Positions 20,127-28,528 of a stretch of 64,000 nt of DNA are shown here, one piece after another. The DNA is taken from NCBI GenBank assembly GCA_026004495.1, contig BPJG01000001.1, forward strand, positions 208,750 to 272,749, in the 5' to 3' direction. Each line of letters begins with the position of its first letter. Positions within the stretch are counted from its first letter, which is position 1. This DNA is from Candidatus Parcubacteria bacterium. Its GTDB lineage: Bacteria; Patescibacteriota; Minisyncoccia; UBA6257; HR35. The position numbers were made by a program, and so were the translations under genes. Below the pieces are notes generated by a model. That model was not told the origin of the DNA and did not search any database. It worked only from the letters and a program-made list of their open reading frames with translations.

Positions 20127-20198
20127 GCCGCCATCGTCTAATGGCAAGGACACCGCTTTCTCAAGGCGGAAATACGGGTTCGACTCCCGTTGGCGGCA
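20127..20198 (+). tRNA. tRNA-Glu (anticodon CUC)
   Basis: Cloverleaf: acceptor GCCGCCA/TGGCGGC + A, D-arm TCGTCTAATGGCAAGGAC, anticodon stem CCGCT/GGCGG with loop TTCTCAA, T-arm GGGTTCGACTCCC. Collinear with E. coli tRNA-Glu. Confidence 0.8.
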
Positions 20199-21632
20199 AT
20201 GAGATATCTAATTACAACCTCTATACCTTATGTAAATGATAATCCTCATATAGGACATCTTTATGAATATATTTTAGCAGACATTTTTGCCCGTTATTTT
20301 AGAAATAAAAATGATATCTTCTTTTTATCAGGAGTGGACGAAAATGGAATAAAAATAGCAAAATCTGCTATTGAAAATAATAAGAAAATAAAAGATTTTG
20401 TTGATGAAAAATATCTAAGTTTTTATTCTCTGAAGGATAAATTTTATTTATCTTTTGATAATTTTATTAGAACAAGTAGTGAAAATCATAAATGGGGAGT
20501 TTATAAATTTTGGCAATTATGCCAAGATGATATTTATATAGATAAATATTGTGGTTATTATTGTTATAGTTGCGAAGCCTATTATGAAGAGAACGAAGTT
20601 GAAAATTTAATTTGCCCTCTTCACAAAAAGAAATTAGAAAAAATTGAAGAAAAGAATTATTTTTTCAGACTCACAAAATATTTAGATCAAATTAAATTAT
20701 TAATTGAAAAAGAAAAAATAAAAATTTATCCTCAAGAAAAAAAAATAGAAATTTTAAATATTTTGAAAGAAAAAAAGATTAAAGATTTAAGTATTTCTCG
20801 TGATATCAACAGAAGCTATGGTTGGGGTATAACAACTCCTAATGATAATTCTCAGGTAATTTATGTCTGGTTTGATGCTTTAATAAATTATTTGTCTGGC
20901 TTAGGTTTTGGTAGTGATAATGAAACAAATTTTAAAAAATATTGGCACGAAGGAGAAGTTATTCATTTTATAGGTAAAGATATAGTTAAATTTCATGCTA
21001 TTTATTGGCCAGCAATGTTATTATCTGCTAAAATAAAGGTTCCCGATAAAATAGTTGTTCATTATTTTATCAATATACGAGGAGAAAAAATGTCAAAAAC
21101 AATTGGCAATGTAATTGGACCCAACGATTTATTAAATAACAATTTAGAACCAGATGTTATTAGAGCTTATTTCGCTTATCAAAATATATTTAACGATTGG
21201 GACTTTAATTTTCAAAATATAGTTAATTTTCGAGAAGGTATTTTAAAAAAAGAATTGGGTAATCTAATATTAAGAATTTATGGCCTTTTTAGAAAATACA
21301 ATAGGGATATTAAATTACAAAAAAATTTATTAAAAAAGGAAAATCTTACTACCTTAAATAATTATTCAAAATATATGGCTGATTTTGAAATAAATATAGC
21401 TTATCAAAATATATTTAATTTAGTAAAAGAACTAAATCAATTTATTGATAAAGAAAAAATTTGGCAAAATTTAAGTGAAGAAAATATTTCTACCTTGGCT
21501 TACAATCTTATTGATATTCTAAATGTTTATCAATTTTTAATGCCTGAAAAATTAAATCGAGTAAAAAATAATTTAAAAATTCAAGATGATTTTCTTATAA
21601 ATAAAGATTTGGAATTAAAACCTATCTTTTAA
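20199..21632 (+). CDS. metG: Methionyl-tRNA synthetase (compact)
   Basis: HIGH motif (PYVNDNPHIGH), KMSKS (KMSKTIG), Zn-knuckle cysteines; start codon placed immediately after the tRNA-Glu 3' end (track start 20190 overlaps the tRNA). Confidence 0.88.
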   Translation: MRYLITTSIPYVNDNPHIGHLYEYILADIFARYFRNKNDIFFLSGVDENGIKIAKSAIENNKKIKDFVDEKYLSFYSLKDKFYLSFDNFIRTSSENHKWGVYKFWQLCQDDIYIDKYCGYYCYSCEAYYEENEVENLICPLHKKKLEKIEEKNYFFRLTKYLDQIKLLIEKEKIKIYPQEKKIEILNILKEKKIKDLSISRDINRSYGWGITTPNDNSQVIYVWFDALINYLSGLGFGSDNETNFKKYWHEGEVIHFIGKDIVKFHAIYWPAMLLSAKIKVPDKIVVHYFINIRGEKMSKTIGNVIGPNDLLNNNLEPDVIRAYFAYQNIFNDWDFNFQNIVNFREGILKKELGNLILRIYGLFRKYNRDIKLQKNLLKKENLTTLNNYSKYMADFEINIAYQNIFNLVKELNQFIDKEKIWQNLSEENISTLAYNLIDILNVYQFLMPEKLNRVKNNLKIQDDFLINKDLELKPIF

Positions 21633-22952
21633 TAATTCTTGAGTTAATTTATAGGCATCTCCTGCACCCATAATTAAACAAATGTCTCCTCTTTTCAAGT
21701 TATTTTTTAAAAAATCTATAGCCTTAGAAAAAGATTCAAGATAAAAAACATTATACTTATGTTTGCTTATTTCACTAACTAATTTTTTAGAATTTATTAA
21801 ACTCATAATTTTTTTATTTTCTCTACCAGCAACAGTATAAATATCTAAAATACCTACATAATCAGCAAGATCAAAGGCGTGAATGAATTCTGAGAAATGA
21901 TAATAGGTTCGATAATATTGATGAGGCTGAAAAATAATAAATAATCTTCCACCTTTAGATAATATTTCCTTACCCGCCTGAAGAGTAGCTTTTATTTCAG
22001 TTGGATGATGGCCATAATCATCAAAAATTTTAGCACCATTTACTTTACCTTTATATTCAAATCTACGCCAAATTCCTTTAAACCTTTTTAGAGCCTTGAG
22101 AGAAATTTTTTTATTAATATTTAAAATTTCAGCAACCTTTAGGGCAGCTAAAGCATTACTTATATTATGCCTTCCCGCAACACTTAATTCAATTTTTTCT
22201 CTATTATTTTTTAAGCTATAAGTTAATAAATTAATTTTATTTTCTTTAATAATGTTTTTAATTTCTCTAATAAATATTTGGCACCCCTTATCGTCTTTAT
22301 TAATAATTAAATATTTTTTATCGCCAGTCAAATTAAATATAAATTTTTTAAATGTCTTTAAAATGTTTTCGAAATTTTTATAGTAATCCAAATGTTCGGC
22401 TTCAATATTAGTAATTATTAAAATAGAGGGGTGGTGATTTAAAAAGCCAGCTTTATATTCATCAGCTTCAATAATTAAATATTTACTCCTACCATAACGA
22501 AAATTAGATTCTTCACCTTGAGAACCGAAATTTTTTACCTTTGAACCAATAATAACAGTTGGATCCAATTTAGCTTCAATAAAAATTTGCGCTACCATAG
22601 CAGTAGTAGTGCTTTTTCCATGCATACCAGCAATAGCAATCGTAAAATAATTTTTAGTTAATTTGCCTAATGCTTGAGGATAACTTAGGTTTGGAATTTT
22701 TATTTTTTTTGCTTCTAATAATTCTGGGTTGTCTTTTTTAATCGCTAAAGAATAAATTACTAAATCTATATTTTTATTAATATTTTTTTTACTATGATTT
22801 AAGAAAAATTTTATTTTAGTTAATTCATCCTTAGAAAAAACATCTCTTGGATAAACAAAATCGCTACCTGAAATTTTATTGCCTTGATATAAATAATATT
22901 TAGCCAAGGCACTAATTCCTATACCACCTATACCAATAAAGTGAATTTTCAT
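21615..22952 (-). CDS. murC: UDP-N-acetylmuramate--L-alanine ligase
   Basis: N-terminal HFIGIGGIGISALA, Mur ligase P-loop (GMHGKSTTT). Confidence 0.88.
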   Translation of the reverse strand: MKIHFIGIGGIGISALAKYYLYQGNKISGSDFVYPRDVFSKDELTKIKFFLNHSKKNINKNIDLVIYSLAIKKDNPELLEAKKIKIPNLSYPQALGKLTKNYFTIAIAGMHGKSTTTAMVAQIFIEAKLDPTVIIGSKVKNFGSQGEESNFRYGRSKYLIIEADEYKAGFLNHHPSILIITNIEAEHLDYYKNFENILKTFKKFIFNLTGDKKYLIINKDDKGCQIFIREIKNIIKENKINLLTYSLKNNREKIELSVAGRHNISNALAALKVAEILNINKKISLKALKRFKGIWRRFEYKGKVNGAKIFDDYGHHPTEIKATLQAGKEILSKGGRLFIIFQPHQYYRTYYHFSEFIHAFDLADYVGILDIYTVAGRENKKIMSLINSKKLVSEISKHKYNVFYLESFSKAIDFLKNNLKRGDICLIMGAGDAYKLTQELLKDRF

Positions 22953-23016
22953 CTTTAATTTAAAATTTTTTCATTTAATTTTTTAATTATTTACATATAA
23001 TATAATAAATATTATA

Positions 23017-23769
23017 ATGAACAGAAGATTAAAAAAACAAATAATTTATGCAATCATTATTTTGTCCTTAATGACAATCCTTGTTGTTGGCTTATGGTTT
23101 ATTTTTAGACCAGCTCCTTCTTGTTTTGATAATAAAAAAAATGGGCAAGAAGAAGGAATTGACTGTGGTGGACCATGTTTGCCTTGCGAAATAGTTAATT
23201 TAAACTTAAGGGTTGAAAAACCTAGAACTATCATTTATCCTGATAATACCTTAGATATTATAACTATCATCAAAAATCCATCTGATAAGTATGGCTTAAG
23301 AAAATTTAATTATAAGTTTATTTTAAAAGGAGATAATAATATAAAAGCTGAATTAAGTGGAGAAAGCTTTATTATGCCCCTTCAAACAAAATACTTAACA
23401 GCAGTTAATATTAAAAAGCCAGATTTTAATATTATTTCAGCTGATATTGAAATTAATTTTGATAAAAAAGATTGGCTAATAATTGATCAGAATGAAACAA
23501 AAATTGAAATGTTAAATTACGAAATAAAAGATAATAAATTATTAGCAGAAATAATTAATAATGACACAATACCTTATAATGATTTGGAAATAAATTTTTT
23601 AGTTTATGATATTTTAGGAAATATAATTGGAGTTTTAAAAACAAAAATTGATTATTTAGAGCCATTAGAAAGAAGAAATATTAGCTTAACCCTTCCTCCT
23701 ATATCTCAAGAAATTAATAAGATAGATATTTTATCTTATTACAATTTTTTCTATCAAAATGAAAATTAA
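23017..23769 (+). CDS. Hypothetical membrane-anchored protein (possibly division-associated)
   Basis: 250 aa; single N-terminal TM; directly upstream of and 11 nt overlapping ftsW/rodA; no motif recognised. Confidence 0.45.
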   Translation: MNRRLKKQIIYAIIILSLMTILVVGLWFIFRPAPSCFDNKKNGQEEGIDCGGPCLPCEIVNLNLRVEKPRTIIYPDNTLDIITIIKNPSDKYGLRKFNYKFILKGDNNIKAELSGESFIMPLQTKYLTAVNIKKPDFNIISADIEINFDKKDWLIIDQNETKIEMLNYEIKDNKLLAEIINNDTIPYNDLEINFLVYDILGNIIGVLKTKIDYLEPLERRNISLTLPPISQEINKIDILSYYNFFYQNEN

Positions 23770-24799
23770 TATATTTATCTTGATTTCTCTTATATTGTGT
23801 ATGTTTTTTTCTGTTTCAACTCTTATTTCTATAAACAAAAAGGATGAATTTTTTAAATCAATAATATTTTGGTTAATATCTTTCTTAATTCTATTTTCTT
23901 CCCTTTATCTTAGATACAACAATATTTTTTATTATCCCTATTTTCAGGCCTTTTATGCCTTAACTATTATTTCTCTTCTACTTTTATTTATCTTACCATC
24001 AAAACAAAGAATGTGGTTTTCTTTAGGAGGCTTATCTTTACAACCTTCGGAATTTGCCAGGATTATTCTTCTTGTAAGCTTAACTATATTTTTGAGCAAA
24101 TATTATAATTTTCTTAAAAATAATTTATATCTTGGATTTAGTTTTTTAATTATTTTACCTCTAATACTTTTAATCGCTCTCCAACCAGATTTAGGTATGA
24201 CTTTATTATTTTTACTTACTTGGTTTTTTTCAATAATAATATTTCTAAGGAAACAGCAGATTGTTTTTTTGATAATTTTATTTTTAATATTAGGAGCTAT
24301 TGGATGGCAATTTGTTTTAAAGGATTATCAGAAAGAGAGAATTTTGACTTTTATTAATCCAGAAAGAGATCCATTGGGTTCAGGTTATAATATTAAACAA
24401 CTAAAAATAACTATTGGCTCAGCTGGCTTTTGGGGTAAAGGCCTAGGACAGGGAACTCAAGCGAAATTAGGCTTTTTGCCTTCAGCTGAAACAGATTTTA
24501 TTTTAGCTAGTTTTATTGAAGAAAGAGGATTTTTAGGATTTTTGATATATTCATTTTTAATCTTTATTATCTTAAAAACAATTCTATTTGAATCAAGTTT
24601 TATTAAAAACCCAATTGGCAAAGTTTATTCTAATATTTTGGTAATTCATTTAGCTATAAAATTTTTACTAACAACTGCTATAAATTTAGGCTTTTTCCCT
24701 ATTATTGGCTTAGCCGTACCCTTTATGAGTTATGGGGGATCCCATTTATTGTCAGATTTTATACTTATTAGTATTTGGCATAACTTTAGAAATATTTAA
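23759..24799 (+). CDS. ftsW: SEDS-family peptidoglycan glycosyltransferase (FtsW/RodA)
   Basis: Multi-TM; conserved LPSAETDFILASFIEERGFLG motif. Confidence 0.82.
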   Translation: MKINIFILISLILCMFFSVSTLISINKKDEFFKSIIFWLISFLILFSSLYLRYNNIFYYPYFQAFYALTIISLLLLFILPSKQRMWFSLGGLSLQPSEFARIILLVSLTIFLSKYYNFLKNNLYLGFSFLIILPLILLIALQPDLGMTLLFLLTWFFSIIIFLRKQQIVFLIILFLILGAIGWQFVLKDYQKERILTFINPERDPLGSGYNIKQLKITIGSAGFWGKGLGQGTQAKLGFLPSAETDFILASFIEERGFLGFLIYSFLIFIILKTILFESSFIKNPIGKVYSNILVIHLAIKFLLTTAINLGFFPIIGLAVPFMSYGGSHLLSDFILISIWHNFRNI

Positions 24800-24849
24800 A
24801 TTTGTTTTATAATATTATTTGTAATATTCCTAATTTTAATTAAACTACA

Positions 24850-25485
24850 ATGGGCCTTTTGTTTAAATTATCAATAATAATATTTATCTTAGCCTTAATA
24901 ACTTTTGCTTTTAGTTATTATTTTAAAAATTATTATAACTTAAATGAAACATATATTTTAGATTCAAAATTACCTAATAGTAAATCTACTAATACTATTC
25001 AACAAACATCAATAGAAAGTAATAATCAAATAACAAATACAACTGAAACTAATCAGAGTGATTTATTAAATATTCAAAATAATGTAAAAGTATTGGTTCC
25101 AATTGAAGATAAAAACAAAAAAATAAATTCTAATCAAAATAATGATAATTTAAATTCAAGTAATAATTTAACCTCAACAGAAGAAAATATTTCTTATGAA
25201 TATAAAGGTGAAGTTATAATTAAGGCAAGCGAATTTAAGTTTGAACCAAATATTTTTAGAGTTAAGGAAGGTCAAAAAGTAAAATTAATTATAAAAAACG
25301 AAGGTAAAATTCCTCATAACTTAAAAATAGAGAAAGAAAATATTGTTTTTCAAACATCACTAATAGGTCCTAATGAAGAATCGATATTAGAATTTACTAC
25401 TCCTCCTAAGGGTGAATATGATTTTTATTGTACCTTAGATGACCATAAGCTAAGGGGTATGTTTGGTAAAATGATAGTCGAATGA
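24850..25485 (+). CDS. Membrane-anchored cupredoxin (type-1 blue copper protein)
   Basis: 211 aa. N-terminal TM, N/S/T-rich linker, C-terminal ~100 aa cupredoxin with full ligand set in canonical spacing: His (IPHNL), Cys-x2-Asp-x-His (YCTLDDH), Met (GMFG). Confidence 0.65.
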   Translation: MGLLFKLSIIIFILALITFAFSYYFKNYYNLNETYILDSKLPNSKSTNTIQQTSIESNNQITNTTETNQSDLLNIQNNVKVLVPIEDKNKKINSNQNNDNLNSSNNLTSTEENISYEYKGEVIIKASEFKFEPNIFRVKEGQKVKLIIKNEGKIPHNLKIEKENIVFQTSLIGPNEESILEFTTPPKGEYDFYCTLDDHKLRGMFGKMIVE

Positions 25486-25488
25486 ATT

Positions 25489-25561
25489 TGCCTCGGGTGG
25501 GAGTCGAACCCACGACCTAGCGCTTATGAGACGCTCGCTCTAACCACTGAGCTACCGAGGC
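25489..25561 (-). tRNA. tRNA-Met or tRNA-Ile2 (anticodon CAU), elongator-type
   Basis: Reverse complement gives GCCTCGGTAGCTCAGTGGTTAGAGC...loop CTCATAA...GGTTCGACTCCCAC CCGAGGC A. G1:C72 paired and no 3xGC anticodon stem, so not an initiator. Confidence 0.8.
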
Positions 25562-25584
25562 ATAATTTAATTAGCTATTAAATT

Positions 25585-26268
25585 TTAATTTATTTTCATC
25601 TTTTTTAAGGCTTTATTAGCAGCATCAATTTCTGCCTCTTGTTTACTACTTCCCTCTCCCACACTTATTAACCTTTTTTCAAGATATAAACCTACGAAAA
25701 ATTTTTTTTGATGCTCTGGGCCTTCTGTTCTAATTATATCATATTCGGGTAAAAGTTTATATTTCTCTTGACAATATTCTTGTAATTTACTTTTAGGATC
25801 TTTATACAATCTTTTTTTTACAACTTCATCTATATCTTGATTTAATTTTTCGATTAAAAATCTATAAGTGATATCTAAATTATTATCTAAAAAAATAGCA
25901 GCAATTAAAGCTTCTAATCCATCGCTCAAAATAGTTTTTAATCCCTTCTCTCCTATTTTTGGGTTATAAAACATAAATTTATCTAAATCCAAATCAAGAG
26001 AAATCATTGACAGTCTTTCTCTATTTACTAAAGCAGATCTTATAAGGGTCATTTCACCCTCTGATAAATTTGGAAATTTTACAAAAAGGTAATGAGAAAT
26101 AATAAATTCAATAATAGTATCACCTAAAAATTCCAATCTTTCATTATCTTTATAGGGATGTTTAGTATTAATATATAAATAACTCTTATGGGTTAAGGCC
26201 TCGCAAAAAAGAAATTTATTTTTAATTTTTATCTTTATCTTATTTTCTAATTTAGCCAAATCTATCAT
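25585..26268 (-). CDS. rnc: Ribonuclease III
   Basis: RNase III signature ERLEFLGD; C-terminal dsRBD. Confidence 0.9.
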   Translation of the reverse strand: MIDLAKLENKIKIKIKNKFLFCEALTHKSYLYINTKHPYKDNERLEFLGDTIIEFIISHYLFVKFPNLSEGEMTLIRSALVNRERLSMISLDLDLDKFMFYNPKIGEKGLKTILSDGLEALIAAIFLDNNLDITYRFLIEKLNQDIDEVVKKRLYKDPKSKLQEYCQEKYKLLPEYDIIRTEGPEHQKKFFVGLYLEKRLISVGEGSSKQEAEIDAANKALKKMKIN

Positions 26269-26693
26269 TGTTCAATCTTAGCTATATTTTCATAGACTGT
26301 AGCTAAAACTCCATTGATAAATTTAGAAGTAGCTTTAGTGCCAAAATTTTTAGCTAATTCTATTGCTTCATTGATTATTACTTTATATGGTATTTCAGGA
26401 TAATTATATAACAGTTCATAAGTTGCCAGCCTTAAAATACTTTTTTCTAATAATGGAACTTGTTCATAGGGTAAAGATTTAATAGACAAAGATAGAATTC
26501 TATCAATTTTTTCTAAGTTATTAATTACTCCACTAATTAATTTTGTACTAAATTCTGGTTCGTCTATATCTTGACCAAATTCTAATAAATTTCTATTAAA
26601 AATTTCTAAGGCTTTATCTTGAGAATAATTATTAAATTGCCACTCATAAAGAGATTGCATCACAATTATTCTTGAAAGATGCCTTGTAGCCAT
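26265..26693 (-). CDS. nusB: Transcription antitermination factor NusB
   Basis: 142 aa; ARxxAxQxLY N-terminal signature; overlaps rnc by 4 nt. Confidence 0.8.
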   Translation of the reverse strand: MATRHLSRIIVMQSLYEWQFNNYSQDKALEIFNRNLLEFGQDIDEPEFSTKLISGVINNLEKIDRILSLSIKSLPYEQVPLLEKSILRLATYELLYNYPEIPYKVIINEAIELAKNFGTKATSKFINGVLATVYENIAKIEQ

Positions 26694-26715
26694 TTATTTT
26701 AAATTTATTTTAAAA

Positions 26716-26931
26716 TTATTTAGTAGAGCTTTTATTTTTTTTACTTTTAGCTGATTTATCATCAATATATTTTTTACCATTATAAAAACCACATTCGATA
26801 CATACTCTATGTGGTAATGTTAAAGCCTTACAATTTTTGCACCCTACCAGCTTAACTGGCTTTAATATTTCCTTCTGAAATCTTCTTTTTCTTGAGCGAG
26901 AATAAGAAAGTCTTTTAGCTGGAACTACCAT
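26716..26931 (-). CDS. rpmF: 50S ribosomal protein L32
   Basis: MVVPAKRLSYSRSRKRR N-terminus; CxxC...CxxC zinc ribbon. Confidence 0.8.
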   Translation of the reverse strand: MVVPAKRLSYSRSRKRRFQKEILKPVKLVGCKNCKALTLPHRVCIECGFYNGKKYIDDKSAKSKKNKSSTK

Positions 26932-27028
26932 TGGATATTGACATAATCTTATTAATTATATTTACCGATTTAAAAAAAATTAATTTATTTAGAAGATAAT
27001 ATTATAACATAAAAATTAAAAAATAAAT

Positions 27029-27613
27029 TTAATCAATTAATTCATCTTTTCTAAACCAAATTTTAAGTTCATATTGAGCTTCTTTAATATTTCCGGAAGC
27101 ATGAATTAGGTTTTTTATAGCTCTTTTTTCTAAATTAGCCACAATTGGTGAGTCGATAGCAAAATCACCCCTAATTGTCCCTGGTGGAGCTTTATAGGGC
27201 AATGTTGGACCGACAATTTTTCTCACTACTTCAACTGCATGATTTCCCTCGATGGCTATTTTTACTATAGGACCAGAACACATAAAATCTATAAGCCATT
27301 TTCTTACTAATAAGCCTAAATTATAAACATCATTAACTCCGAAATCTTTTTTTAAATCATATTTAATATTATTTTCTTGACAAGTTTTTATGAAATTATT
27401 ACCTAAATTTTCTATCCACTCCCTTGTTTTGGGATAATGTTTGTCAATTAAATTTTTTGTTGCTCTTACTATTCCTAAGCCAACAATTTTTAATCCTGCC
27501 CTTTCAAAACGAGAAATTATTTCACCAATTAAACCTCTTTCAATTCCGTCAGGCTTTATTAATACTAAGGTTCTTTCTTTTTTAAATTTTTTAAGATTAT
27601 TATTAATATCCAT
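27029..27613 (-). CDS. ndk: Nucleoside diphosphate kinase
   Basis: ERTLVLIKPDG, NLIHASG motifs. Start reassigned to internal Met (MDINNN...) because the track's N-terminal extension (to 27694) overlaps the RNase P RNA. Confidence 0.8.
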   Translation of the reverse strand: MDINNNLKKFKKERTLVLIKPDGIERGLIGEIISRFERAGLKIVGLGIVRATKNLIDKHYPKTREWIENLGNNFIKTCQENNIKYDLKKDFGVNDVYNLGLLVRKWLIDFMCSGPIVKIAIEGNHAVEVVRKIVGPTLPYKAPPGTIRGDFAIDSPIVANLEKRAIKNLIHASGNIKEAQYELKIWFRKDELID

Positions 27614-27640
27614 TTTCTTTTTTATCAAAAATGAATAAAT

Positions 27641-28011
27641 AATCTTGGTAAGATTATAAGCCGGATTCTGTATCCTTAAAATTAAGGACAGCAATCATTT
27701 ATCTGGAACTTAGATTACTCAAAGTTTCAAGCGGTACTCCCAAATTAAATTGGGCACGACCTTGCACCCGGAAAAGAAGGAAACAATTTTCTGAATTACT
27801 TCAGAAAATAATGGAGTAGCCTAAAAATGACTTTTTAGACACCTCCATTCTTTTCACCTTTCTCCGATTTGAAAACTAGATAGTATAGTCTCTGTGCTTC
27901 CTTCTTAGGGCTTACGCCCTAGCTCCATTTCGGAGCTTTCCTTTTTAGGGTGTCCGGACTTTCCTCTCTTTAATATAAGAATTAAAGAGTGATTGCTTAT
28001 CCTACCAAGAT
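27641..28011 (-). ncRNA. rnpB: RNase P RNA (bacterial type A-like)
   Basis: Minus-strand sequence carries P4 5' strand AGGAAAGUCCGGAC and P4 3' strand ACAGAAUCCGGCUUA. P3 hairpin CUCUUUAAU...AUUAAAGAG. 5'/3' ends pair as a long P1 (AUCUUGGUAGGAUAAGC / GCUUAUAAUCUUACCAAGAU). ~370 nt, GC-enriched, ORF-free. Confidence 0.85.
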
Positions 28012-28142
28012 TATGATATAATTATAAAATATTTTTATCTAAAATTAAAATTTTATAGAATAAAAATTTTAATTAAATATTAAAAAAATAAAATAGAATT
28101 AAAAAATTATTAAAAATGGTATTAATTTAAAGTTTTAAAAAG

Positions 28143-28517
28143 ATGGAATTTCTAAGAAAAATATTTAAAAAAGAACAATCGCCAACCGAAAAAGATAAAG
28201 AAGATAAAGTCGAGCAACCAAAAAAAGAAATTAACTTAATTTTTTCAGAAATCCAGAAAGACCCAGAACAAATTTATTTTACAATTAGTGGAGATAACCT
28301 CACATCAATTCAATTAATGGAATTAAAAAAAATTTATTTAGAAGTTACACCAAGAATTCGTAAAAATTTTGGCATTCAAATAGAAAATAGTGAAAACGGG
28401 ATTATTCTAAAATTTGTTTTTTATACTCGAGATAATCAAGAGATAGAAAATTTTGAAGAGATAGGGGAAAAATTACTTACTAAAATAAAATCTGACTTAG
28501 AGTCAAAATTTAAATAA
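28143..28517 (+). CDS. Hypothetical acidic protein
   Basis: 124 aa ORF with clean intergenic upstream; no motif recognised. Confidence 0.4.
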   Translation: MEFLRKIFKKEQSPTEKDKEDKVEQPKKEINLIFSEIQKDPEQIYFTISGDNLTSIQLMELKKIYLEVTPRIRKNFGIQIENSENGIILKFVFYTRDNQEIENFEEIGEKLLTKIKSDLESKFK

Positions 28518-28528
28518 AATATAATTTA

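Noticed and set aside
27614-27694. N-terminal 27-aa extension of the ndk ORF as called by the track
   Set aside because: Overlaps the 3' end of the RNase P RNA; the internal Met gives a canonical NDK start.
27641-28011. Considered tmRNA, SRP RNA or 6S RNA for the GC-rich ORF-free segment
   Set aside because: Sequence matches RNase P P4/P3/P1 elements. There is no tRNA-like 3' domain or tag ORF (tmRNA), and no SRP domain IV GGAA/AGCA motif. No tmRNA or SRP RNA candidates found elsewhere in the window.
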